Counted from the stretch's first letter, positions 1 through 6,965 are shown. The stretch is 15,338 bases of DNA from Candidatus Aenigmatarchaeota archaeon (GCA_038999215.1 JAWABM010000001.1:1-15338), one strand, 5' to 3'. Numbers and translations: made by a program. Notes: a model not told the origin generated them from the letters alone.

Positions 1-1745
1 GGAAGCTCGAAGCGGACAAGGTCGTGTACGCGGCCAGGGCCTCGATGATAATCTCCGTGGTGGTCTTCCTTTCACTCGGCGCCGCGGCGTTACTGTTCGG
101 AACCAACCCGATAATATTCCTTGTTGCAGCGGCCGTGTTCCCCCTCATATGCAACCAGCTCGTATCGGACTATCCCAAGAGCGTGGCGAAGCAGCGGGCA
201 CTTACGGCGCTGGGCACGTCGCCGCAGATAGTCGCGCAGCTGGCAGCCAGCCTGAAACAGAACCCGAACCTCGAGAAGGCGATGGAGTTCGTTGCCGAGC
301 ACGGCGAAGGGGAGCTGGCGGACGACTTCAGGAAGACCCTCTGGAGGATGTGGACAGGCAAGGTAAGCAGCGCAGCGGAAGCCTTGCCTGCGATAGCGGA
401 CAGGTGGGGCAGATGGTCAGAGGGCTTCCACAGGGCGATGTACCTGATAATATCCAGCCAGCACGAGAGGAACCCGGCAAGGAGAAGGTTCTCGCTCGAC
501 AGGGCTGTCGAGGCGGTGCTGGACGACATGCTGACGAAAATGAGGGAGTACTCCTATGGCCTGCACATACCGACGCTGATACTCTTCAGCTTCGGGATCA
601 TAATGCCGCTGATACTCATATCTTTGTTCCCGTTGTTAGGTTTCTTCGGCATACCGCTTTCCATCGAGGCCATAACACTCTTCCTGCTCGGCTCGATATT
701 CGCCGTGTACACGTACTCGAACACAGTGCTCGGCAAGAGGCCCGTGACCTTCCCGATGCCCGATGTGAGGACGAAGGTGCCGCGAGGGTACCTGAGCATG
801 TGGAACCATGTGCTGCCGGCTGTGCCGTTCTGCGTTGCAACAGGCCTGCTAATAAGCTTCCCCTCGATATTCTACCTTTTCACGCTGACCGGCGCGATAG
901 CGCTGCAGGGGCCGTTCGGCGACTTCATAAGCTTCGTCAACACGATGCCGCTGATATGGGGCATAGGCCTGCCGCTGGCGCTGTACGCGTACGGCAGCAG
1001 CTGGTTCAAGAAAAAAGAGCGGGAGCGCATAGCGAAGATAAACAACCAGATACCGGACGCGCTCTACCATATAAGGAGCGTGCTCTCGGACTCGAGGCCG
1101 ATGGAGGAGGCGCTCGACTTCGCAAGCAAAGCGCTCGGCAGGAGCGAACTGGGAGCCAGGCTGCGGGAGACCGTGAACATAATCAGGAGGAGGCACATAA
1201 CCTTCGAAAGGGCTGTCATGGGCGAGGGCGGGATAGGCCATATTTCCAAGGCGGCGAACACGGCGTTCTCGCTGCTCATCGCCTCGATGAGGAAGGGTAT
1301 AAAGAACGCGTCGCAGACCTGCGACGTCATTTACAGGTACCTCTCCAAAATAAAGAAAATAGAGAAATCGATGACGCTCATGCTCGAGCGCAACCTTTCG
1401 ATGATGAGGCTGACCGCAATGGTCTTTGCGCCGCTGGTCTGCGCGATAATCGTAGTCCTGTTCCAGCTGATACTGAAGGGCGTGACCGGAGCGTTCGAGA
1501 GGTTCCAGGTCATGGGCTTCATGCCTATAATGCCGATAAGCTCGCCCTCGATACCCACGCCCGTGCTGCAACTGATATTAGGGCTTTATTCGCTGGGCCT
1601 CAACTTCGTGCTCATAAGGTACATCTCCATGGTGAGGCACGGCGACGACCCTGTGGCCATAAACCTGGAGCTGGCCAAATCCACGGCGATATCGCTCACG
1701 CTCTTCACAGCAGCTTTAATAGCGTTGTGGACCTTATTGATTTAG
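1..1745 (+). CDS. Type II secretion/type IV pilus inner-membrane platform protein (GspF/TadC/ArlJ-like, two-domain), 5' truncated by window
   Basis: Frame is open from base 3 (KLEADKVVYAAR...). Multiple TM segments alternate with two soluble segments of GspF-like pattern (LAASLKQNPNLEKAMEFVAEHGEGELADDFRK; QIPDALYHIRSVLSDSRPMEEALDF). Directly followed by pilin-like genes. Confidence 0.75.
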   Translation, partial: KLEADKVVYAARASMIISVVVFLSLGAAALLFGTNPIIFLVAAAVFPLICNQLVSDYPKSVAKQRALTALGTSPQIVAQLAASLKQNPNLEKAMEFVAEHGEGELADDFRKTLWRMWTGKVSSAAEALPAIADRWGRWSEGFHRAMYLIISSQHERNPARRRFSLDRAVEAVLDDMLTKMREYSYGLHIPTLILFSFGIIMPLILISLFPLLGFFGIPLSIEAITLFLLGSIFAVYTYSNTVLGKRPVTFPMPDVRTKVPRGYLSMWNHVLPAVPFCVATGLLISFPSIFYLFTLTGAIALQGPFGDFISFVNTMPLIWGIGLPLALYAYGSSWFKKKERERIAKINNQIPDALYHIRSVLSDSRPMEEALDFASKALGRSELGARLRETVNIIRRRHITFERAVMGEGGIGHISKAANTAFSLLIASMRKGIKNASQTCDVIYRYLSKIKKIEKSMTLMLERNLSMMRLTAMVFAPLVCAIIVVLFQLILKGVTGAFERFQVMGFMPIMPISSPSIPTPVLQLILGLYSLGLNFVLIRYISMVRHGDDPVAINLELAKSTAISLTLFTAALIALWTLLI

Positions 1746-1754
1746 GGGAGAGCA

Positions 1755-1937
1755 ATGGAAGGGCTTCCGTTCAAGTACATCGTGATGCTGATTGCCGCAG
1801 CGCTGGTAGTGGGCGCCCTGATGATGGCGCTGGACCTTCTCACGGCCACGGCGAAAGCCACCACGAGCTCGGCGAACGCCACGCTGATGGACGCCCTGAA
1901 CAACTCGCTCAGCCGGGCGGTCAAAAGGACGCCGTGA
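1755..1937 (+). CDS. Small type IV pilin-like protein (MEGLPFKYIV..., 60 aa)
   Basis: N-terminal hydrophobic helix paralogous to the next gene (IEGLPLKYIL). AGGGGAG SD-like sequence upstream. N-glycosylation sequons NAT, NNS. Confidence 0.7.
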   Translation: MEGLPFKYIVMLIAAALVVGALMMALDLLTATAKATTSSANATLMDALNNSLSRAVKRTP

Positions 1938-1974
1938 TATTATGTATTTAAACCTTAGCCAACAAATATTTCGT

Positions 1975-2172
1975 ATGCGAAAGATGAAGGGGATAGAGGG
2001 GCTGCCTCTCAAGTACATTCTGATAATCCTTGTGGCGGCGCTCGTGATAACCGCAGTTGTGACTATAATCAATACCATTACCATGCAGGCCATGCTCAGC
2101 ACGAACCAGACCCTGGCCATAATGAACGAAACGACGAGCCACGCGCTGGACATACTGAGGAACACCACCTAA
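1975..2172 (+). CDS. Small type IV pilin-like protein with class III signal peptide (MRKMKG|IEGLPLKYIL..., 65 aa)
   Basis: Basic leader, KG, then hydrophobic stretch. Start moved from 1942 to ATG 1975, about 25 nt after TTTAAA (1947-1952). Sequons NQT, NET, NTT. Confidence 0.75.
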   Translation: MRKMKGIEGLPLKYILIILVAALVITAVVTIINTITMQAMLSTNQTLAIMNETTSHALDILRNTT

Positions 2173-2203
2173 GGCTTATATCTTTTCGTCCTGAACTTCT
2201 ATT

Positions 2204-2641
2204 GTGAAAGGGCTAGAGGTAATGCCGATAAGGTTCATCGCCGGGCTGGCCATAATAGCCATGGTGGTGAGCGTCGGCTTCTACGAGCTGAACACGTACG
2301 TGGAATTCAGGAAGCAGCAGAAGTTCAAGGAGGAGATGGTGGGCTTCTACCAAACCATACGCACCATGCAGAGCCTTGGTGACTACGGGAGCTTCACCTC
2401 TGTCCAGCTGCACGTGCCCAAAGGCTACCTGCTCCAGATAGACAACGCCACCAACAAGCTGATCGGCACGCTCGACACAGGCGAGATATACGTGATAAAC
2501 CTCACGGCGGACGTGACCAACATCTACCTGCCGGCCGGCTGCGCGCCTTCGGGCTGCCTGATGGGAGAGGCCGAGTACGAGCTGAGGCTGGCGTACGGGC
2601 AGCCCGAAAATCCGAAGAACTTCACGGTGGTGTTCGTATGA
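2204..2641 (+). CDS. Minor pilin-like protein (MKG|LEVMPIRFIAGL...)
   Basis: GTG start about 25 nt after TTATAT. KG plus hydrophobic helix followed by a beta-rich soluble domain. Overlaps next gene by ATGA. Confidence 0.7.
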   Translation: MKGLEVMPIRFIAGLAIIAMVVSVGFYELNTYVEFRKQQKFKEEMVGFYQTIRTMQSLGDYGSFTSVQLHVPKGYLLQIDNATNKLIGTLDTGEIYVINLTADVTNIYLPAGCAPSGCLMGEAEYELRLAYGQPENPKNFTVVFV

Positions 2642-2982
2642 TAGACTGGTTCGTCTCGAAGATAGGCATGCTGCTGTTCGTGGCAGTGGCAATGGGCCTG
2701 CTGATAGGCTTCGCCAGCATGCAAGCGGGCTTTTTCGAGCAGGAGAAAGACGCGAGAGCAGCAGAGGACGTGGCCAGGCTGATAGACGCTGCCGCTGACG
2801 GCGGGTCAGTGACATACCGCCCAGACATAGGGAACTACACTCTCGTCGTGAACAGCAACCGCCATTCCGTCGCCGTCAACGGCCATGAGAGGTTCTTCTA
2901 TGCGAACGCCAGCGACGCCACGATAACAGGGAAGGACGCGATAAAGATAGAAGGGAGAGGAGGCAATGTCACGGTCTCTTAA
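2638..2982 (+). CDS. Pilus-locus membrane-anchored protein (minor pilin-like)
   Basis: N-terminal TM helix, ATGA coupling to the upstream gene, several NxS/T sequons. Confidence 0.6.
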   Translation: MIDWFVSKIGMLLFVAVAMGLLIGFASMQAGFFEQEKDARAAEDVARLIDAAADGGSVTYRPDIGNYTLVVNSNRHSVAVNGHERFFYANASDATITGKDAIKIEGRGGNVTVS

Positions 2983-3373
2983 GGGCGAACTCGGAGAGGA
3001 GGTCTTCGCCGTGATATTCATCATAGCCCTGATATTCGTGTTCATAATGTCCGTTCTTGGGGCGTATACGAACTACCTGAACATGCAGGAGACCATAAGC
3101 TCCGGCCGCATCGCGAGCGAGCTGGCCGAAAGCATGTTCTTCTCTAACCAGGGCATCATAACTGAGGAGGCCTGCCAGAGCCTGAACAGGACTTACGGGA
3201 ACCTGTCGAACGTCCGAATAGATATATTATATAGGCAGGAAAACGGCCTGAAAAACTGCTCCGCCGGCTCTGTTGCCGAAGGGGACCAGGCAGTTGCTTC
3301 GATGCCGCTGCTGATTGCAGCGGACGGAAAATACTATCCTGGGAAGGTGAGGGTGCATGTTGGGACAGGCTAG
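2966..3373 (+). CDS. Minor pilin-like protein (MSRSLKG|ELGEEVFAVIFII...)
   Basis: Class III-like signal (KG, Glu at +5, hydrophobic helix). Overlapping operon arrangement. Confidence 0.65.
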   Translation: MSRSLKGELGEEVFAVIFIIALIFVFIMSVLGAYTNYLNMQETISSGRIASELAESMFFSNQGIITEEACQSLNRTYGNLSNVRIDILYRQENGLKNCSAGSVAEGDQAVASMPLLIAADGKYYPGKVRVHVGTG

Positions 3374-3878
3374 CATGATAGACATCCTGCTGCTGGGGCT
3401 GTTCATCTCGTTCGTGCTCATAGGAGGGGCGGTGTTCATAGGCCAGGAGGAGCTCAGGGCGCAGTCTGGCAAGGAGGAGGCAGTGTACGCCCAAGGCATG
3501 CTCATCACCGCGCTGCAATGGCGGAACGCAACGCTGTCGAACATGACTGGCAGCGAGCTCATAGAAGCCTGCTTCTGCGGGGACGAACGGCAGCCGTTCA
3601 ACGGCACTATGAAGGCCATGGAGCAGGTCATGAACTGGACCAACAGGGACGGCTACAACTACATTTTTTACGTTGAGGCGAAGAACGCCACGTGCGGCGG
3701 CCGCAACGAAACGCTGAGCATATATGACAGGCAGGCGACAATCTGCGCGAAGCACCTGCCCTCGATAGCGCATTCCACGCATATGATATTCTGCCCGTCG
3801 GACGGCAAAAGGGTCGTGCTGGAATATTATATGGGCATATGGCCTTCCTGGAAGGACCTACCATTGAACTGCACCTAG
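3357..3878 (+). CDS. Minor pilin-like protein (MLG|QASMIDILLLGL...), Cys-rich C-terminal domain
   Basis: G|QxS N-terminus with hydrophobic helix typical of archaeal pilins. Six Cys and many NxS/T sequons. Confidence 0.65.
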   Translation: MLGQASMIDILLLGLFISFVLIGGAVFIGQEELRAQSGKEEAVYAQGMLITALQWRNATLSNMTGSELIEACFCGDERQPFNGTMKAMEQVMNWTNRDGYNYIFYVEAKNATCGGRNETLSIYDRQATICAKHLPSIAHSTHMIFCPSDGKRVVLEYYMGIWPSWKDLPLNCT

Positions 3879-4113
3879 GCCGGTTCTGCAGCCAAGTCCA
3901 GGAAAAAGCCGAGCTCATACCCGCTTATGCCCAGCTTCTTGAGAATTTCAGGCAAAGGCCTGACGCCGGTGAGTTTGTGCAGCTTCCACAGCTGCCATTG
4001 CGCGGATTCCGCTTTCTTGCCGGAGTTGTAGTCAATGAAAAAAAAATGGAATTCGCCCGGCGGTTCAGCGCGGTATCGTAATTAATTACCAAATAGAATA
4101 GCAATGCTTCCAT
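3875..4113 (-). pseudogene. Possible small gene split by a frameshift at an A9 run
   Basis: ATG 4113 frame (MEALLFYLV...NSIFF) and a second, start-less frame (FIDYNSGKKAESAQWQLWKLHKLTGVRPLPEILKKLGISGYELGFFLDLAAEPA*) are joined if the A9 at 4038-4046 were A10. The second frame's stop overlaps the TAG of the upstream + strand gene. Confidence 0.3.
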
Positions 4114-4116
4114 CCT

Positions 4117-4149
4117 ACGCTTTTCACCGTGAAAAGCGTTAATTTAACG
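4117..4149. repeat. Two adjacent perfect palindromes: ACGCTTTTCAC-C-GTGAAAAGCGT (4117-4139) and CGTTAA-T-TTAACG (4137-4149)
   Basis: Read directly from the sequence. Lies between divergent ORFs and contains BRE-like GAAAAGC on both strands. Confidence 0.85.
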
Positions 4150-4197
4150 AAGGATTGGCGCGATGCCCACTTAAAGTTTTGCGTGCATAATCTTTGC

Positions 4198-4512
4198 ATG
4201 AACGGGGGGCCGAAGAACAGGGAAGTGCACTACGTCCTGAAAAGGAAGAAGGGCGCAAGCGGCAAGGTCTCGTATGAGTACGCCATAGTCTCGAACAACA
4301 TGTATCTCGGCAAGTACAACCAGACATGGAAGAACTACGAGGTGGTCGGCAAGTTCTCGCACGAGATGGAGATAAACTGCTATTGCGACCAAGCCAACCT
4401 GGCCGAAAGGCTGGACTCGCTGGGCGAGACAATACCCCAGGAAAAGGACAACCTCAAGGCCATAAGGGAAAAAGTGTTGGAGGGAAAAACTCATGCTGGC
4501 AAGCAGGGCTGA
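4198..4512 (+). CDS. Hypothetical protein (MNGGPKNREV..., 104 aa)
   Basis: Typical codon usage from ATG 4198, which lies about 22 nt after TTAAAG (4171-4176). The track start at 4129 falls inside the palindrome. Confidence 0.6.
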   Translation: MNGGPKNREVHYVLKRKKGASGKVSYEYAIVSNNMYLGKYNQTWKNYEVVGKFSHEMEINCYCDQANLAERLDSLGETIPQEKDNLKAIREKVLEGKTHAGKQG

Positions 4513-4618
4513 AGTGGAGAACCTGAAAGACATGGTAAAATCTCTGTCCAGGAGCGTGGAGGACCTGACAGCAGAGGTAAAGCTGCTCAGGGAAGAGGTC
4601 GAAAGGCTCAGGGAATAG
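4493..4618 (+). CDS. 41-aa coiled-coil microprotein (MLASRAEVENLKDMVKSLSRSVEDLTAEVKLLREEVERLRE), not in ORF track
   Basis: GGAGGG SD upstream, clear heptad periodicity, stop TAG abuts the stop of the convergent DUF333 gene. Confidence 0.65.
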   Translation: MLASRAEVENLKDMVKSLSRSVEDLTAEVKLLREEVERLRE

Positions 4619-4903
4619 CTACTTCCTGTATTGGCCGCCGCACTCGCCCCTGTAGAAACCCCATTCCTCGCATTCATTGCCGTCTGGGAAGACGCATATG
4701 CCCATCTGCCCGCCGTCTGGCGCGGCCACTATCTTCACAGTATAACCCATGCCGGCGCAGTAAACTGACGCAGGATTGGCCAGGGTCGTGCGGTTGCCGG
4801 GGAACTGCGTTTCAGCAGGCCGCGCTGAAAGCAAGAGGAGAGCGACAGCGATGAGGACCGCGGATGCGGCCAAAAGCAGGTACATCCTCTGCCTCTTTCT
4901 CAT
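4619..4903 (-). CDS. DUF333 domain (putative hemolysin-like) secreted/anchored protein
   Basis: Signature LANPASVYC...G...G.C.FPDG.ECEEW.FYRGEC after a hydrophobic N-terminal segment. Confidence 0.9.
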   Translation of the reverse strand: MRKRQRMYLLLAASAVLIAVALLLLSARPAETQFPGNRTTLANPASVYCAGMGYTVKIVAAPDGGQMGICVFPDGNECEEWGFYRGECGGQYRK

Positions 4904-4946
4904 GCACTAGAATTCGCCATTCTTCCCTAAAAAGCTTTCGAGGGAA

Positions 4947-5210
4947 TCAGGCCCTCGCGGGAACAAGCAGCCTGGGGTCGTACATCTCAGGATGCCTCTC
5001 GTTCAGCTCAACCATCCTTGCGACAAAGTACTGCATGGCCGCCTGCCTGAGCTCCTCGCCCTTCAGGTGGCTGTTCTCGGGCTTTCCCATGAAGTCCAAA
5101 GTGTAGATTGTGTACAGGGCTATCTCCAGCTCTTCTGGCGCGTAATCGCCCCTGCTGAGGAACAGCTCCTCCGCCTTGCGGTCCAACGGGACCCTTGTTT
5201 CGGTCATCAT
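4947..5210 (-). CDS. Hypothetical protein (MMTETRVPLDRKAEELF..., 87 aa)
   Basis: C-terminal part of the track ORF 4947..5708. AGGGG SD before ATG 5210. The upstream part of the track ORF overlaps ftsZ and is discarded. Confidence 0.6.
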   Translation of the reverse strand: MMTETRVPLDRKAEELFLSRGDYAPEELEIALYTIYTLDFMGKPENSHLKGEELRQAAMQYFVARMVELNERHPEMYDPRLLVPARA

Positions 5211-5224
5211 GAATCCCCTGAAAT

Positions 5225-5309
5225 GGGGGGTGGGGGGCGCGGGACAGGCCGCTTTAGGCCAGCCCGGCCCCCTCGCAGACCCAAAAGAAGTTCTTTGTTT
5301 GGGGTCTGC
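5225..5309. repeat. GC-rich double stem-loop with G-tracts downstream of ftsZ
   Basis: Stem 1: GGGGGC/GCCCCC (5233-5238/5267-5272), CGGG/CCCG, GGCC/GGCC. Stem 2: GCAGACCC/GGGTCTGC (5275-5282/5302-5309). G6-T-G6 at 5225-5237. Confidence 0.7.
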
Positions 5310-5326
5310 CGAATGGTCTTTTCCGA

Positions 5327-6478
5327 TTACTTGAAAATCACCGGTATTCCCAGCGCGTTCTCTGTCTCCCTGGATGCCACTTCGCTCTTCTCCATGGGTC
5401 CGAGCAGGTACGGCGACTTCACTCCTGTTATTATTGCTATCACCTGCACCTTGCCGGCGTATTCCGGCATTATCCTTGCTCCCCAGATGACCTGCGCTTC
5501 CGGCGAGAGCCTCTTGCTTATCAGCTCTCCTGCCTCGTTTATCTCTGCTAGCGTGCAGTCGGGCCCGCAGACAACGTGCACCAATGCTCCCATCGCGCCC
5601 GCATAGTCCACTTCCAGCAACGGGTGATTGATCGCCTTCAACACCGCGTCCTTTATCCTCGACTGGCTGTCGCTTTCTCCCACGCAGATGGCCGAAACGC
5701 CGCCGCACTTCATTATCGACTTCACGTCGGCGAAGTCCAGGTTGACCAAGCTAGGCACTGTTATTGTCTCTGTGATGCCTTTTATCATCATAGAGATCAG
5801 TTCGTCCGCCAATGCGAATGCCTGCGCCAACGGCATGTTTCCTGCGTATTCAAGCAGCTTCTGGTTTTCTATCACGACCACAGTGTCTGCGACCTGTCGC
5901 AATGCGCTCAAGCCGTCCTCGGCCTTGTTTATCCTGGTTCCTTCCATCTTGAAGGGCATTGTAACGGCTCCGATCACTATCGCACCGAGCGATTTTGCCA
6001 TCTCGGATACGACAGGCAGCGAACCTGTTCCGGTTCCTCCTCCGAGACCTCCTGTCACGAAGACCAGGTCCACGCCCTCGAGCATCTGCTTTATCTCGTT
6101 CCTGCTCTCCTCGGCAGCCTTCTTGCCCACCTGCGGGTATCCTCCTGCTCCGAGACCGCGCGTCGTGTCCTTTCCTATAAGGAGCTTCTTGTGGGCCTTT
6201 GTTATGCTCAAGTGCTTCGCATCGGTGTTGAGCGCTATTATGTCGGCCCCTGCCGCTCCCATCTCAGACAGCCTGGTTATCGTGTTGCATCCTGCGCCTC
6301 CGCAGCCGACGACCATTATCTTGGCCTTGTGCAGCTGTATGTCGAATTCCTCGGATGCCTTCTGCTCCCAGTCTATCCTTTCTGCCTGCTCTATCCTGCC
6401 CTGTGTTCCGGGCGCCACTGCGTTCGATGCCTTTCCTCCGAACGCCTTGTCAAAAGCGGACTGTATAAAAGAGTCCAT
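5327..6478 (-). CDS. ftsZ: Cell division protein FtsZ
   Basis: VVGCGGAGCN, ALNTD, GLGAGG.P..G, tubulin signature GGGTGTG, T7 loop NLDFADVK, IWGAR. GGAGG SD at 6488-6492. Confidence 0.98.
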   Translation of the reverse strand: MDSFIQSAFDKAFGGKASNAVAPGTQGRIEQAERIDWEQKASEEFDIQLHKAKIMVVGCGGAGCNTITRLSEMGAAGADIIALNTDAKHLSITKAHKKLLIGKDTTRGLGAGGYPQVGKKAAEESRNEIKQMLEGVDLVFVTGGLGGGTGTGSLPVVSEMAKSLGAIVIGAVTMPFKMEGTRINKAEDGLSALRQVADTVVVIENQKLLEYAGNMPLAQAFALADELISMMIKGITETITVPSLVNLDFADVKSIMKCGGVSAICVGESDSQSRIKDAVLKAINHPLLEVDYAGAMGALVHVVCGPDCTLAEINEAGELISKRLSPEAQVIWGARIMPEYAGKVQVIAIITGVKSPYLLGPMEKSEVASRETENALGIPVIFK

Positions 6479-6554
6479 ATTTTGATTCCTCCTTGCATGT
6501 TGACTATCAAGCGGTATGCGCTTGTGCGCATCTTTTTGGTGTATTCTTCATCAG

Positions 6555-6570
6555 CGAAATGCTTTTATAT
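6555..6570 (+). promoter_or_regulatory. Archaeal BRE/TATA-like promoter (CGAAA...TTTTATAT), divergent from ftsZ
   Basis: Matches archaeal consensus and predicts a start near 6593-6595. The reverse strand (ATATAAAA) could alternatively or also serve ftsZ. Confidence 0.5.
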
Positions 6571-6593
6571 CAAGCAGCATGATATTTCCTTTA

Positions 6594-6753
6594 GAACAAG
6601 GCTCGTTTGCCCAAATGAGCTGCAATTGATACGTTAGACTGGAGTGAACTTACACGTTGCCCAACAGGTAAGTTTGCCCGAACTTACATGCGAACGAACA
6701 TTCACGTGAACTTTGCCCAAAGTTGCGTGAACGAACCAATTAGTTTTTTCTTT
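6594..6753 (+). ncRNA. Candidate structured small RNA with four GCCC-loop hairpins
   Basis: Hairpins at 6601-6620, 6647-6674, 6668-6687 and 6701-6731, each centred on TTGCCC(A/G)A. G-U wobbles favour the + strand. TATA upstream and TTTTTTCTTT at 6744-6753. Confidence 0.45.
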
Positions 6754-6950
6754 AAGGCTATATAAAGCGATTTGTATAGAATAAAATATACTTCAATTTA
6801 TAATGTTTTTCGGCCTGCTTTGGCGTTTTTTGGGAAAAAATCATAAATTTTTCAACTTCATCCAAGAGCTATGCCACAAGTAATGGCCGCCGAAGCCAAG
6901 CAAGGAGCATCTGGAGGCTTTGCTGGCAGACGAGAATGCCTTTCCCTGAA

Positions 6951-6965
6951 GAAAAGCTTTTAATT
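6951..6965 (+). promoter_or_regulatory. BRE/TATA promoter of tRNA-Asn copy 1 (GAAAAGCTTTTAATT)
   Basis: Purine-rich BRE followed by T/A box about 30 nt before the tRNA 5' end. Confidence 0.6.

Noticed and set aside
149..1951. 600-aa alternative-frame ORF over the TadC-like gene
   Set aside because: R/G/A-rich shadow frame of a high-GC3 gene with no recognisable motifs.
4482..4526. -1 frameshift at G GGA AAA fusing the 4198 ORF to the coiled-coil peptide
   Set aside because: The coiled coil is in the +1 frame. The -1 frame stops at 4526.
5232..5320. HDV-like ribozyme, suggested by CCTCGC and GCCGAATGG after a hairpin
   Set aside because: The nested double-pseudoknot order (P1-P2-P3-P1'-P1.1-P4) could not be built.
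5576..6637. Long + strand ORFs (353 aa, 285 aa) antisense to ftsZ
   Set aside because: Antisense shadows of a clearly real gene.
6601..6736. Mini CRISPR array
   Set aside because: Repeats are only 8-9 nt, unevenly spaced, without unique spacers of constant length, and no cas genes are present.
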